Assembly: GCA_951406725.2 (NCBI GenBank)
Contig: OX597824.1
Coordinates: forward strand, 40,920,001 to 40,984,000
Source: Octopus vulgaris
Taxonomy: Eukaryota
DNA: 64,000 bases
Reading direction: 5' to 3'
The translations under genes and the position numbers were made by a program. How positions within the stretch are numbered: position 1 is the first letter of the stretch; each line of letters starts with the position of its first letter. The notes under the pieces are model-generated. The model was not told the DNA's origin, ran no database searches, and saw only the letters and a program-made list of their open reading frames with translations. Shown here one piece after another: positions 1-12,243 of this stretch.

Positions 1-587
1 CCCCTTTCTCTGAGCTATAAGCAACTCAAACTACTTTAGATCCAGTTATTAGGATGCTTTTACGTAGTCTATTAACCTGTTGAAATAGCATCCAATTTTC
101 CTTCACGTCATAATGCTACCAGCTTGGAAAAAAAAAGAGGCACAACACATTAAGTAATGTAGTCTTGTTACACAATTTCAGAAAACAAGACAGGGTAGAC
201 AATATTGGAAAACCTTTGACCATAGGTTTGCTCATTCAAGGCTGACCTGGTGTTGAAGAATTAGCACATATGATTTACAGTAAGATTATAAATGCTATAG
301 AACATTGTAAGGGATGGCTAGTCCACATTACTCTGTAAGGAGCATAGGGCTGGTCTCCTAGTTTCTCTGTCATATATATATGTGTGTAAATGTTGAACAA
401 TGAAAATGAGTGCTTAACACCACATTGATATTTGTGAATTTTGTCTGCCATTGGTTTCATGTTAAGAAAAGTAGGAAAATATCCAAGTGTCTTAACATAG
501 TCAATTCAAATAAATGAGTAAAATTGACAGATAACAAGAGGACTTGCACAAGGAATGTATTAGCTTGACGCTTGGTGAAAAGAGAGA

Positions 588-623
588 GTTTGACATTTCG
601 AGCATAGGTTTTCATCAGAAAGG
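588..623 (-). ncRNA. Degenerate minimal hammerhead ribozyme motif
   Basis: Minus strand UUU-CUGAUGA-AAACCUAUGCUC-GAAA-U-GUC-AAA; stem II is decayed. Confidence 0.5.
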
Positions 624-1262
624 AGAAAGGGCAAAGTCCAAAAAAGGAAAAGAAATTGCCAACAGCATGTGTGTAGTTACATTGCCGAAGTGACTGGAAG
701 TATATATGTGGATGTATATATATATTCCTCGTTGAATATGATGCTGGTCTCTCGTAGGATTACTCATTTTTATCAGCTGGGTGGACTGGAGTGATGTGAA
801 GTGAAGTGTTTTGCTTAAGAACACAGCACATTGTCCTGTCCACATATTGTAACTACAATCAGGAGTCCAACACCCTAACCACTAAGCCATGTGCCTCCAC
901 TGCAAGGGATAGTAATTTAATATTTTAAAATTTTGCTTAAGTTTCATATATTTGTTTTTGTTTTATTTTCATGTATCCTTAATTTTGCTTTTATTTACTT
1001 GTTTTAACTTTATTTTTTTCTTCCATTTGGCCCTTTACAGTTTTAATGCTTTTGTTTTCCTTTGATTTTGTTTTTTGTTTATTTATTTACTTTGATAATA
1101 TTCACTTGCTTTAAATATGGCTATTGCCATCACTCTGTTGGCAAATCATATTTCACACTGTAAATCAGCAAATAAATGCTAATTTCTGATAAATTTCTGT
1201 TAAATGTTTTTCTGCACGCATGCCAAAAAGAAAAAGAAAGAAAAACACACACACACTCAAAG

Positions 1263-1305
<43 letters not shown>

Positions 1306-1733
1306 TTTTTTCTTCTTTTCTCTCCTTTCCCACTTTCTCTTCCCCAATTTATTTCTAATTAAAGTTATTTAATATTTTAATTATTAGTTTAAATTGTGAA
1401 TTGGGACTAAGGAACGAAGGGGGAAGTTTTGATTCTCTCCTTACAGAAAAATGTCTTGACACATTGCAGCTTTGTCTTCTTTTGTATGTTATTTCCTTAT
1501 TTCCTTTCAAATAAATATTGCTCTTTTTTTCTCCCCTCTACTGTAATGGTGAATTTCAGACACTCATGTGTTGTATCAGTCTTAATAGTGTTAATGAGAA
1601 CATTTAGATATACCTCAGCCTTTTCAACTGATTCCCTTACTTCTCTTTCTGTCTCTTCTCTTTCTGTCTCATGCCCTTTCTCTCTGTCTTCTGCTCTTCT
1701 CCTTCTCTCTCCTCTTTCTCTGTCACCTGCCCT

Positions 1734-1765
<32 letters not shown>

Positions 1766-1938
1766 ACTCATAAAAATGCACATGTAACACATTTCCTTTT
1801 GCTCAGTTGTTTGTGACCTATCATTTTTCATTCTCTTTTGACACTTTTGGAGGGACACACCTCAGTCTGATTTGACATCTGACCCTATTTGTGTTGTCTG
1901 CCTGTGAAAAATGTCATGTATGTAATAAACCATTTCAG

Positions 1939-2025
1939 ACCCACTGATGTCCTGCAGTGTGTGGAATGATCTGAATACAACCCCAGTTCAAAGAGCCACC
2001 CACCCCATTCCGAATACTACTGAAG
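1939..2025 (+). CDS. RALGAPA1: Putative exon (87 nt, phase 1-1): PLMSCSVWNDLNTTPVQRATHPIPNTTE
   Basis: catttcag| acceptor, GAAG|gtaaac donor, open frame, phase matches next exon; no homology recognised. Confidence 0.6.
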
Positions 2026-2350
2026 GTAAACCTGTGATTGTAGCCAGTCCTGTGAACCAAACCCAAGGACTGTGCTAAACTTGTAAAATTAGTGACTAAC
2101 TCTCTAGTAGAAATTGACTCATGACTTGTGCTCGGCTAAACAATATTACCAGTTGCTGCTGTTCTTCCTCTTCCTCCTCTTATGCGAATGGTCCTCTTCA
2201 GTAATATAGGATGCATATATATGGGATATATGTTTTGGAGGAAGGGAGGGAATGTATGTGTTTGGTTTGGATTTAACTTTAATTACTTGTTAATGAGAGA
2301 AGGACCACACACCAGTTTACATTTGTGTGTGTGTGTATGTGTGTGTGTGT

Positions 2351-2389
<39 letters not shown>

Positions 2390-5300
2390 CGTGCGTGCGC
2401 AACTGTATAAATGTGTATACAGTGTATATGCAGTCATCAGAAATTTCAACTAATTATCCCTTCTATTATTTGAAATAAGTTACGGGTTGCTTGTCATCAG
2501 TATTATATATTGCTGTCTATCAAGTCATTTTCCTTGCTCTGATGATGTGATTGTCTTATTTGTTTTGCTGACTGGGCTGTCCTTGCCCGGTCAATCTGGT
2601 TGTCATTGTTCTGTTTGTTCTTTCTGTATGGTCCTCACTCTAGCTCTGTCTATCTTGTCTGCTCAGTTTTTATGGTGGGCTTTTTTTTTCTCATCATGAA
2701 ACAAATACTTTACTGCATATAAGAAAGTTTATGAGGTGTCTTCTGGCTGACTTTGTCACTTGAGCTTGTGCTATAAATACTTGGTTGTTTTTTTTGATTA
2801 AACAGAAACCATAACATATTTTTTAGTAATATTGCATTCATCTGAGATGTGCAGGAGATAAACATTTCCAGATTTGTTCCAATTCTTGAAAAGTTAATTC
2901 AAATGTTCTGTTTCTCCAGAATTAAAATTAAATACCTAAAATCTACTGTGGTATTTGGGTTTATAAGCTCACCATTCTATGCTGTAGCTCAACTATAATT
3001 GGTTGGGTCTTTCAACAAAACAGATATGTAGAAGTACCAAATGTCTATAATCTAATCTTAAAAGAATTTTTATTGTCTTAAGGCTTTTTTCAGTTGGCCT
3101 GAAGGGAAATCCTGGTATTAGACAATAACTGAGGAGCTCCAGACAGGTGAACAAGTGCCTGAGTGACCTGATTAGCCTGATTGGTGATCAAGCCTGTTAG
3201 GAATTTTAGCTACTCCATTTAACACTCAAAGCAGAAAATTCCAAGTTTAACCCTTTTGTGATTATATTTCTCAAGAAACGTCCCACCACCGTGTTCAGCT
3301 AATTAAGGATTTGGAGGGATTCAACAAAATAACTAATTTTGCCATTTTTATGTTTGTGTTGGAGTAATAACATTTTTATTTCACATAATTTTATGATGAA
3401 AATCTTTGATTCAAATATAAACTATTTAAAGTAAAATGTTTTGTACCATAAAATCAAGCCTCAGGCAGGTTGATAAAACTCTTTGCTATATTTTATGTAT
3501 TAAATAAATGCTTTTCTTGCTGGCTAGATTCCTTAATTCTCTTTTAAAATATTTGAATAATTTTAAATATTTACTCTTTATTTTTAAAAAAATTCTAATG
3601 AAGGAAGTCTCAACTTATTTTTCTCATCTTTCATCACTCATTTCATCTGTTACCTATTACAATACCTAAGGGGTTTCTGATTGTAGGTGAGTTTGTACAC
3701 GCTATTGAAAAGATGTCTAGTTTTTTTGTGGCTGTTGTATGCATGCATATCAAGTTTATTGTGTGGGTTCAATGTCATGGCATTTTGGCTGGTCCAATGG
3801 CAAATGCCGACAGCTCTCATTAAACATGTGAAAGTTACTTACACATTATCCTTATTTTCATTATCATTCATTTGTTTTTGTTTGTTTGCTGTTTGAATAA
3901 TGGACTGGATAATCCAATAAATCTATTTGTGCTTATTTCACTATTGATTGGTTAGTGGTGGAGCAGTTACCAATCAATGAAAATGTTACCTCCAACATTT
4001 GATTAAAAAAACCCATCCTGGTCATATTAACGAAAAGTAGGTGTGAACCAGTAAAGTGCTGGAAAAAAGTAAACTCGAATTGGTTTTCTCTAATATAACT
4101 TTTTACTACTTAATTCCATCTCTTCTGATCCCTGTCTGTTTGCTACTAATCATTGATAATTCTCTTGCATCACACCCCATCTTCCTAATTTTATATCCCT
4201 TTTTATTACCTCAAACTCCCGGCTTCCACCAATAATGATTCATGTATAATCTCTCCCCACTCCCTTTTTTCCCCCCTTCTATTTTCCTTTGATAACCAGG
4301 TTTGAAGTTTCAACTTTGTAGTGTTTGGTATCTATACCAGCTTTGTTTAGTGCAACTTTTCCTACTAACCAATAGCATGCTGTGGGTCACAAGACAGGGT
4401 GCACTGAATATTACAACAGTGCTATGTTGCATGTGTCTCTATGAATACCATATGCAAAAAATATGGAATATGCATATAGGAAATAATGCAAGAGTCTATG
4501 AGAAATATTCTTTGAATATGTATACGAAATTTCTTGTTACTAACCCAAACTTTTAAAAAACTTTATTTATAAAATTTTTTTTTTCTTTCCTAAAATTCTG
4601 TTGTGTATCCATGTTTGAAAATGTATTTCTCAAATCAGTTTAAACAGTATGTAGCTTGTAGCTTAGAAATCAAAGCTAAGTCACAGACCTTGCATTTGTT
4701 TATGAACTCAGTTATGCTATGGCACATACCAGGTGCACATTGCTTTGCACCCCACCTCCACCAAATAACCACATACTCATACAATTGGCTACACACACAC
4801 ACACACACACATCTGATAAGCTTTTTGGTAACACACTACAATTGAAAGCCTATTACAGGATTTGCACCTTTATTTCTGACATTCAAATTTTGTCACCTAA
4901 ATCGACTTTGCCATCCAGTTCAGATATATTTATAAAATAAATATTATATTCATCAAATGTTGTAATGACTACAATCCAATAAGAGAGCTACTGTCAGGTT
5001 GCACAATCTATTAAAAATAGTTGCCAAATTCCCATGAATCACACCTTATTGTAAAAAAACAAACGAAGCAAAAGCAAAATAAACTCTGGATAGAAAACAG
5101 AGAGGAAGGGCATGACCAGAATGTTTTCAATCGTAGCTCTGTTCAATCAGGATTGACTTGGGGTTAACAATAAGTGAAGGTGACTTATTCCTTTCGTGAA
5201 ACTTGAATTCATCTAGATGTGTTATTGTTAAAGAAATACCTTGTGAGTGGATACATGATACAGGGCTAGTGTGGAAAGATTAAATGTATATTCCTTTACT

Positions 5301-5428
5301 AATTTCAGCCTTTTGGGTCAAGAACTGGGTTCGATGTAATCGACTAACCCCCTCCCCCCAAATTTCAGGCCCTGTGCCTATAATAGAAAGGATCATTATC
5401 ATTATTATTATTATTATCATCATTATCA

Positions 5429-5473
<45 letters not shown>

Positions 5474-6401
5474 TTTCATAATTATATTATTGTTACATTA
5501 TCAATATTATTAACCAGTAACTTTTCTTTTCCTCTTCCTCATTTTCCTTGTTATATAACTCTTCATTTGATTTTATCCCAGAGGTAAACAATGTTACACA
5601 TCATGCAGTTTCTATCATATCAAATGTCTTTTTTTTTAAAAATTTTTTCTTACTTTTGGCATCTTGAATTATGTTTGTTATTATTAAATGATCTTTTTCT
5701 TCCACAGACTTTACAGATTGACCAGTTGTAATCATATTGTAATCACCTCTTCAAAAGGGACAGTAATAGTTCTATAAAAAAACAAAACAAAAAGAAAACA
5801 TATAACAAAAATTAAAATCATTAAGTAATGGGGGCTAGTTTGAGTGATTCAAAAGTTTATGGCAAAAAATGTCATTGACTAAAAAAATGTTTGATGGTAT
5901 TCAAGTAGAAGTTTAGTCTAATGGTATGATTAAAGATGACTCCAAGGCAGTGAGCTGGCAGAATTATTTGCATGCCAGACTAAATGCTCAGCAGCATTTT
6001 TTCTGGTTCTTTATGTTCTGAGTTCAAATTTTGTTGAGTTGGTCTTTGCCTTTCATCCTTTGGGGGTTGATAAAATAAGTACCAATCAAGTCCTAGGTTT
6101 GATGCAATTGACTAGCTCCCACCACCTCCTTCAAAATTTCAAACCTTGTACCTGCAGTAGAAAGAATAATTAAAGAAGAGTGTCACTACAGATGTAATGG
6201 CAAATAGTATAAATATGTCAAGGACTGGTTTTAGTAAGTCTTTACTTGTGAAGCTAGTAGATGACTATAAAAGCCATTTCATGAAGGCATTTAACTGTTT
6301 TATTTTTTTTGTTCACCATCCACTTATTATTGAAGAAGTAAAGTTTAGCATCACAATCTTTGTTACTCATTTAATTATGTTTACTGAATATTTTTTTTTA
6401 G

Positions 6402-6539
6402 GTCCTTCCAGATCTAAATCTTCAGAACAGAATGTATCCCGTGCTTGCATCACAAGTGATAGTGGGCTACCCAGAGCCCCCTCTGTTTCTTCAAGCACCC
6501 CTGACACTCCATTTGATCGAGGCAAATTCAAGAGTGAAG
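6402..6539 (+). CDS. RALGAPA1: Exon (138 nt, phase 1-1): PSRSKSSEQNVSRACITSDSGLPRAPSVSSSTPDTPFDRGKFKSE
   Basis: poly-T ag| acceptor, GAAG|gtaaaa donor, Ser/Pro-rich open frame. Confidence 0.8.
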
Positions 6540-9496
6540 GTAAAAACCACTGGAATCTAGTCGACAAGAGTTTCTATTGCTTTCTAATGTGTGTGTTGTG
6601 TGTAATATTTAAACAACTGCTGACATATTTGCATATATAGATTTCTAGATGGTTGTTTCTGCACGTATACATGATTATGTATATAAATGCGGGTATAAAT
6701 TTATATTCTTTCACATGCACACTCAATGTCTGTTACAAACATGTCTATGTGCATGAAATGAATGCACTCATGCACACTGTATAATACTATTATACAGTGT
6801 GCATAGTATTATTGAATACTATGTTAGGGTTGCTAATTTTACAGTGCATTGTTGGAGACCAGTTGCTAAGGCCCAATGGGCCAGACAGTGCTAAGAGAAG
6901 AGAGCAAACAATTTGTTAGATTTCTCAAGTTGGGTTTGTGTTTAGCAGCGAGAATTGGATGTAAAGATGTGGAGGTAATTGTATAGGCTATCAACATTTA
7001 AGGGGATGAAAAGAACATTTTCTAAACTTTTGTGTTTGCTGAGGTCATGCATAGGTAACATAGAAGGAGCAGGGAATAATTTACACTAACAATAAGACTA
7101 GCTGGCCAGTTTGTCTGACCAAAGAGTTTTGAGCCGGCAATGGGGTTTTGGCATCTTTAGTGTGGGCACTGATCAGAGCAGCCTGTGTAAGGGAAGGTAA
7201 CTGTGCATGTGTTAAGGTTAGAAAGTGGTGGCAACACTGTTGGAGATATGCATGCCAAAAATGGGAATTAGGGAATATAATCAAGAGTACATAATTAATT
7301 GGTAAACGTTAATTTAAGATAGAAACAATTTTGAACTTCTTAAAGTGACTAAAATTACTATGGGAAAATTCCAGAAAATTGTTGGATTAGTATAGATGGG
7401 TATGGGTGTTTGATTTTAACCTATGAAAACATCAAACTGTTCAATTTGTACATGTAAAGAAGTGTGTATAATTTGATGTGTATGTATAATTGTATATATT
7501 TACATTCTGGAAACTATAACAGTACATCTTTGCTATATATTCATGCTGATATCTATCAGATATTAATTTGAATGAATTCTGTGGACATATGAAGATAGAA
7601 CTTGGATCATGGTTGACTTTTTAAACTATAAGCATAAACATATGTTATTATTTATTTTATAATTATTTTTATTTTAGAAAAAAAAACTCCTTTTTTTATC
7701 TATTGATTAATTGATATTTCTATATTAGGTTTTTCTCCCTATAATGCTCCTTCCCCTGTTCAGTTTTAACACAAAGCAGTTGGTTATTGGTTTTATTATT
7801 TTTTTAATAAAATTTTTTTATTATTATTACTCACTTACAGAGCTCTTGCTTCTTCTGCCCACTGGAAATTGTTTTCAAATTTGTGCATGTGCCTTCTTTC
7901 TCATGCCACTATGCACACACGTGTGCACATACATAATATATATAACACTTTTATATCTCAATCTGTGTTTCTGTGTTCATAATATCCTAATGCTTTATCC
8001 TCTTCACTCCATCTCCGCTTAACTTCTCAATAGTATCTTATACTTGATCTTAACACTGTCTACCACTATAGTTATAACCCTTGCTGTCACTTGGCATTTG
8101 TTAATAATTAGTAGTAATGACTGAAGCATAATGGATTTAAAACAAAAACAGTTATGGTAATTGGACTGAGTATAGGTCTCTCCTAACTTTAGATATTTCT
8201 GCTACTTCTTTTAATTGAAGTAGTTTGGAAAATAAGCTGAATCAGGAGTTAAATTTAAAAACATGAGATGATAAATGCAAATCATTTCTCTCTTTCAAAT
8301 CTCTATGATTTATGTCAACCCTATTAACAACAGTAGTAATTGTAGTAAATATCCTAATTTGACATTAATCATCATCATCATCATCATTTAACGTCCGCTC
8401 TCCATACTGGCATGGGTTAAACAGTTTGATTGGAACTGGTAAGCCAGAGAGCTGCACCAGGTTCCAGTCTGATTAGGCATGGTTTTTTACATTTACACAA
8501 CATTGGCAACAACCATGACTATGATTTCATGGGTACCATTTATATAACACTGGTAATGACCATGATTACGATTTCACTTGGCTTGACTAGTCTTCTCAAG
8601 CACATCATATCATCAGAGGTGTCAGTCATTTGTTAGCGCTTCCATGAAGCCCAACATACAAAGATCATGCTTCACCGCCTTGTCCCTCGCCTCATACTAC
8701 TGGCATGTTCTTTGAACGTATTGTTAATTTAGTGGACTTGTATTAATGCACCTTTACTCATTGAAGGTTATTTTAATGTTAGATTTTCTGTCATTTTGGC
8801 AAAAAAGATATTGTAAAATGTCCATAAAATCAGGTTATGTATGAAGTTAGAATATAATATAAGGGAATGGCAGAACTGCAGAGTGTCAATAAACTGTTTA
8901 GAGTAAATTTTTATGTTCTGAATTCAAATCTTGTTGAAGATTGACTTTGCCAATTGGGGACAATAAAATAAGATCCAGTCAAGTAACCCCTATCCCTCTC
9001 CTGCATTACATGTATTTATGTAGTCAAGTGTGTTTTTAAAACTTATTTTATTTTTGGAGCCCTAATGAGAGTAAATATTCCCTCAATTCTGGAGTCAGTG
9101 GGAATGTCTAGATACAATGATGGGAAGGGACATGGCAATTATTCAGGGTGTTAGATATTTCTTGTAGGCCAACTGATCATGTTCTAGCTGTAAAGATACA
9201 GACATATGTAGAGACATTTTTGTTTTTATGAAAAATAACCAAAATACAAGTTTTTCCAATTTTTTCTCTCTCTACATCTCTGTTTTTCTGTCTATCCATG
9301 TGTGCATGTCTGTGTTATGCATGTGGTTATAGGGAATTTAGGACTACTAATTTTAGTATGTTGAGTGACTTTGTTCCAGCTGTAAAGACATGTACATAAA
9401 ATAGTTTACGTTTTGTAAAAAGTAAACAAAATGTTATTTGAAAGTTATTGAAAGTTATTTGAAAGCTTCCAGAAGGGAAAAAGAGCCCAGCAAAGA

Positions 9497-9745
9497 TGTC
9501 TGTCTCTGTCTGTCTGTCTGTCTCTGCCTGTCTGTCTGTCTCTGCCTGTCTGTCTGTCTCTGCCTGTCTGTCTGTCTCTGTCTGTCAGTCTCTGTCTGTC
9601 AGTCTGTCTCTGTCTGTCAGTCTGTCTCTGTCTGTCAGTCTGTCTCTGTCAGTCTGTTTGCCTCTGTATGCCTGTCTGTCTGTCTGCTTGTCTGTGCTTG
9701 TTTGTCTGCTTGTCTGTCTGTCTCTGTTTCTCTCTCTCTCTCACT
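9497..9745. repeat. Compound (CTGT)/(CT) microsatellite with 18-bp higher-order units
   Basis: Direct reading. Confidence 0.9.
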
Positions 9746-9794
9746 CCATCTCTCCCCTTCTCTAAACTTTTACAAGGAGATGTTTGATAGTAAC

Positions 9795-10255
9795 TCCAAA
9801 GTTTTGTCTTCCTTACCTTCATCAGGCTGTGATTCACTTGAGTGGCTTTATATAGTCTTTGGCAGACTGTGTTTGGTTAGATGGAGCTATGCAAATGATA
9901 ATTAGGTGTGGTGTAAGTAGGCAGGGAGAGCTAGTTGTGTAGGAAGAGGGTTCGATGAGTGTAGAAAGAAAGTTTGTTTGTAGGGTGTGGGTTGTATTAT
10001 GACTTATTTTGGTTTGATGTGAGAATTTTGTTATTGTTTAGAGTTCAGTCAAACAATTTTGCTCTGATCCTCCTTTATTCTTCCTCTTCCTGCACAAGTT
10101 CTTCTGCCTACCTACAGCACACCTAATTATCATTCACATAGCTCAGCTCTCTACCTACCCAAAAAGAAACCTGCTAAAAACTATATAACCCAAAAGAAGA
10201 AAAAAAAAAGTAAATCACTGTCTGATGAAGGCAAGCAAGCCAAAATTTCTGAATT
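9795..10255. mobile_element. Old foldback insertion with outward-facing degenerate hammerhead motifs (Penelope-like)
   Basis: Arms about 9800-9950 and 10080-10245 are diverged reverse complements; CUGAUGA at 9819-9825(-) and 10222-10228(+), each followed by a short hairpin and AAAA (decayed GAAA). Confidence 0.6.
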
Positions 10256-10721
10256 TTCCCATTATAAAGATGAAAACATACGCTGAGCAATTGTTCCAAG
10301 GGGGTTATATAAATTTCCTAGAAAAAAATAGTGAGAAAAATAAACAGGAGCAATGAAGTGATTGCATATTGAATGTGATTTCTTATACTCAAATTCTCTT
10401 GTGATATTTTTAAATCAAGGAAACCTTTGATATATCATGTTTAAGAGAATGTGTGCATGCACTTACACAAAGCTTACAAAAAAGAAAAAAATCCCAAAAA
10501 ACCAAAAGCTAATTTGTAATCTTTTAAAGAGCATGATGTCAGAACTTAATAGAAGCCAATATAGCATACAAACATACATACATACACACAGATACATGCA
10601 TAAAACAGTATTCTTTAATAAATTTATGATCTGCTCTGTCTTTTAACTTCAAGTCACAGACCCTTTCTTCTTCTTCCCTGGTGTTGTTTGCAATTCCCCA
10701 TATCTCTCTACCCCTTGACAG

Positions 10722-10889
10722 GCGCAGGAGGACTAAAAAGCCGGACCGAGCTACATAAGCAGCGTTCGCTGAGCGGAGAGCCCTCTCCTTGCCACTCGCG
10801 CACTGCCTCTGTTGCTTCTGACTCAATGATCAGAAGCAGCAGTGAAGGCAATTTAGCCGATCCTCGGGAACTGGCTGAAAGGTTAAAAG
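10722..10889 (+). CDS. RALGAPA1: Exon (168 nt, phase 1-1): AGGLKSRTELHKQRSLSGEPSPCHSRTASVASDSMIRSSSEGNLADPRELAERLK
   Basis: ccccttgacag| acceptor, AAAG|gtatgg donor, GC-rich island with retained CpGs. Confidence 0.85.
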
Positions 10890-12204
10890 GTATGGTTTTA
10901 TTTGTATTTTTGTGCCTGCTTCTTTTATTATGCTTCCTCTCGGGGGCAAAAAAGAAAAAAAAGGAAATAAAATGGCTTTGATTTTTTTTCAATTTTCTGT
11001 AATTACTAAGTAGGTAATAGATTGGCAGAAACAGGAATACCTGAATAATGCTTTACAGTGTTTCATTAGTTTCCCTGTTAGGTTGTGAGTTCAAATTCTC
11101 GTGGAGGTTGACTTTGTTTTTCATCCCTCTGGGGTTGGTAAAGTCCCACTAATACACAGTTGTCCATGGAGCTGTCTATGGAATCACTTCTGTAAATTTG
11201 TAGACTTTTGTCAATGTTAAAAATTCTCTTTTAGTATTATAACTATCATCTTGTATCACTAATGTAATGATGTTGAGAAAAGTTTGAACATAAATCATTC
11301 TCTGTGTTATCTCTTTTAACAAATCTAGGTTATATTTTCTATGTACAACTATGTACTTATCATTAGCATGACGGAAGGGTAGTGATTTGATAGAAATAGT
11401 GAAGTACCTTTATAGTCTTTCATTTCCTTTTGTTCTCTATGCACGGAGTTGCATATCTTTCCGGGACTAATGTTGCCTTCCAATTCTTCAGTGTTAAGAA
11501 ATGTCAGCAACATACTAGAGCTGACCCAGTTGTCTGACTCATTCTTTACAAACACTTGTCTTCATACTTAAGGTCATGAGTTTCATGTATTAGAACTTAA
11601 TTGGAATAAACAGTTGAACATGTTACTAGTTTGATTTCATATCTTTGTAAAGTTTGACATTTTGTCGTTCACCGCTTTGAAAAATTCATGAGTTCAAATC
11701 CTACTAGAGCTAGTAATGTTGAGTAAACCTATACAGAGTTTAAAAAAAAAATAATTCAAATAACACTCAGTATTGTATTATACAGATAAGAAAGCAATAT
11801 TTCAAATGCAGTATATCTGTGAAAACAGCAGAAAGATTGGGTGTTAATACCCTTATAAAACAGAAAAAAATTTGTCAACAGACACCTTGGGACTGTTCCA
11901 TGGCTGTCTGTTGATAACTGGTTTCCGTCTTATAAAGGTAATAATACCCAATCTTTCTGCTGTTTTCACACCTATGCTGCGTTTGAAATATTGCTTTCTT
12001 GTCCGTATGATACAATACACATTTGACACTTTTAAAAACAAACAAACAAAAAAAAAATGTTTGTTTACATATGTTGTTGCAATACTCAGTAAGTTTTTAC
12101 TGTACTCTTGTGTATTGCTAATGTCTTTATGTTTAGTTGGTGGGCTAAACATACAGTTTCAGATGACATTTTCATTTAAGAAGGCATGGCTATGAACTGA
12201 ACTT

Positions 12205-12243
<39 letters not shown>

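Noticed and set aside
5521-5589. Long pyrimidine tract then CAGAG|GTAAAC as a recursive splice site or 2-nt exon
   Set aside because: First AG is 2 nt from the donor and would frameshift; GAG is a disfavoured acceptor; no other support.
9438-9905. 155-aa Cys/Leu/Ser/Val-rich ORF
   Set aside because: Microsatellite translation; no splice or homology support.
11445-11497. Minus-strand CUGAAGA..GAAA
   Set aside because: Stem II mismatched and no stem I pairing.
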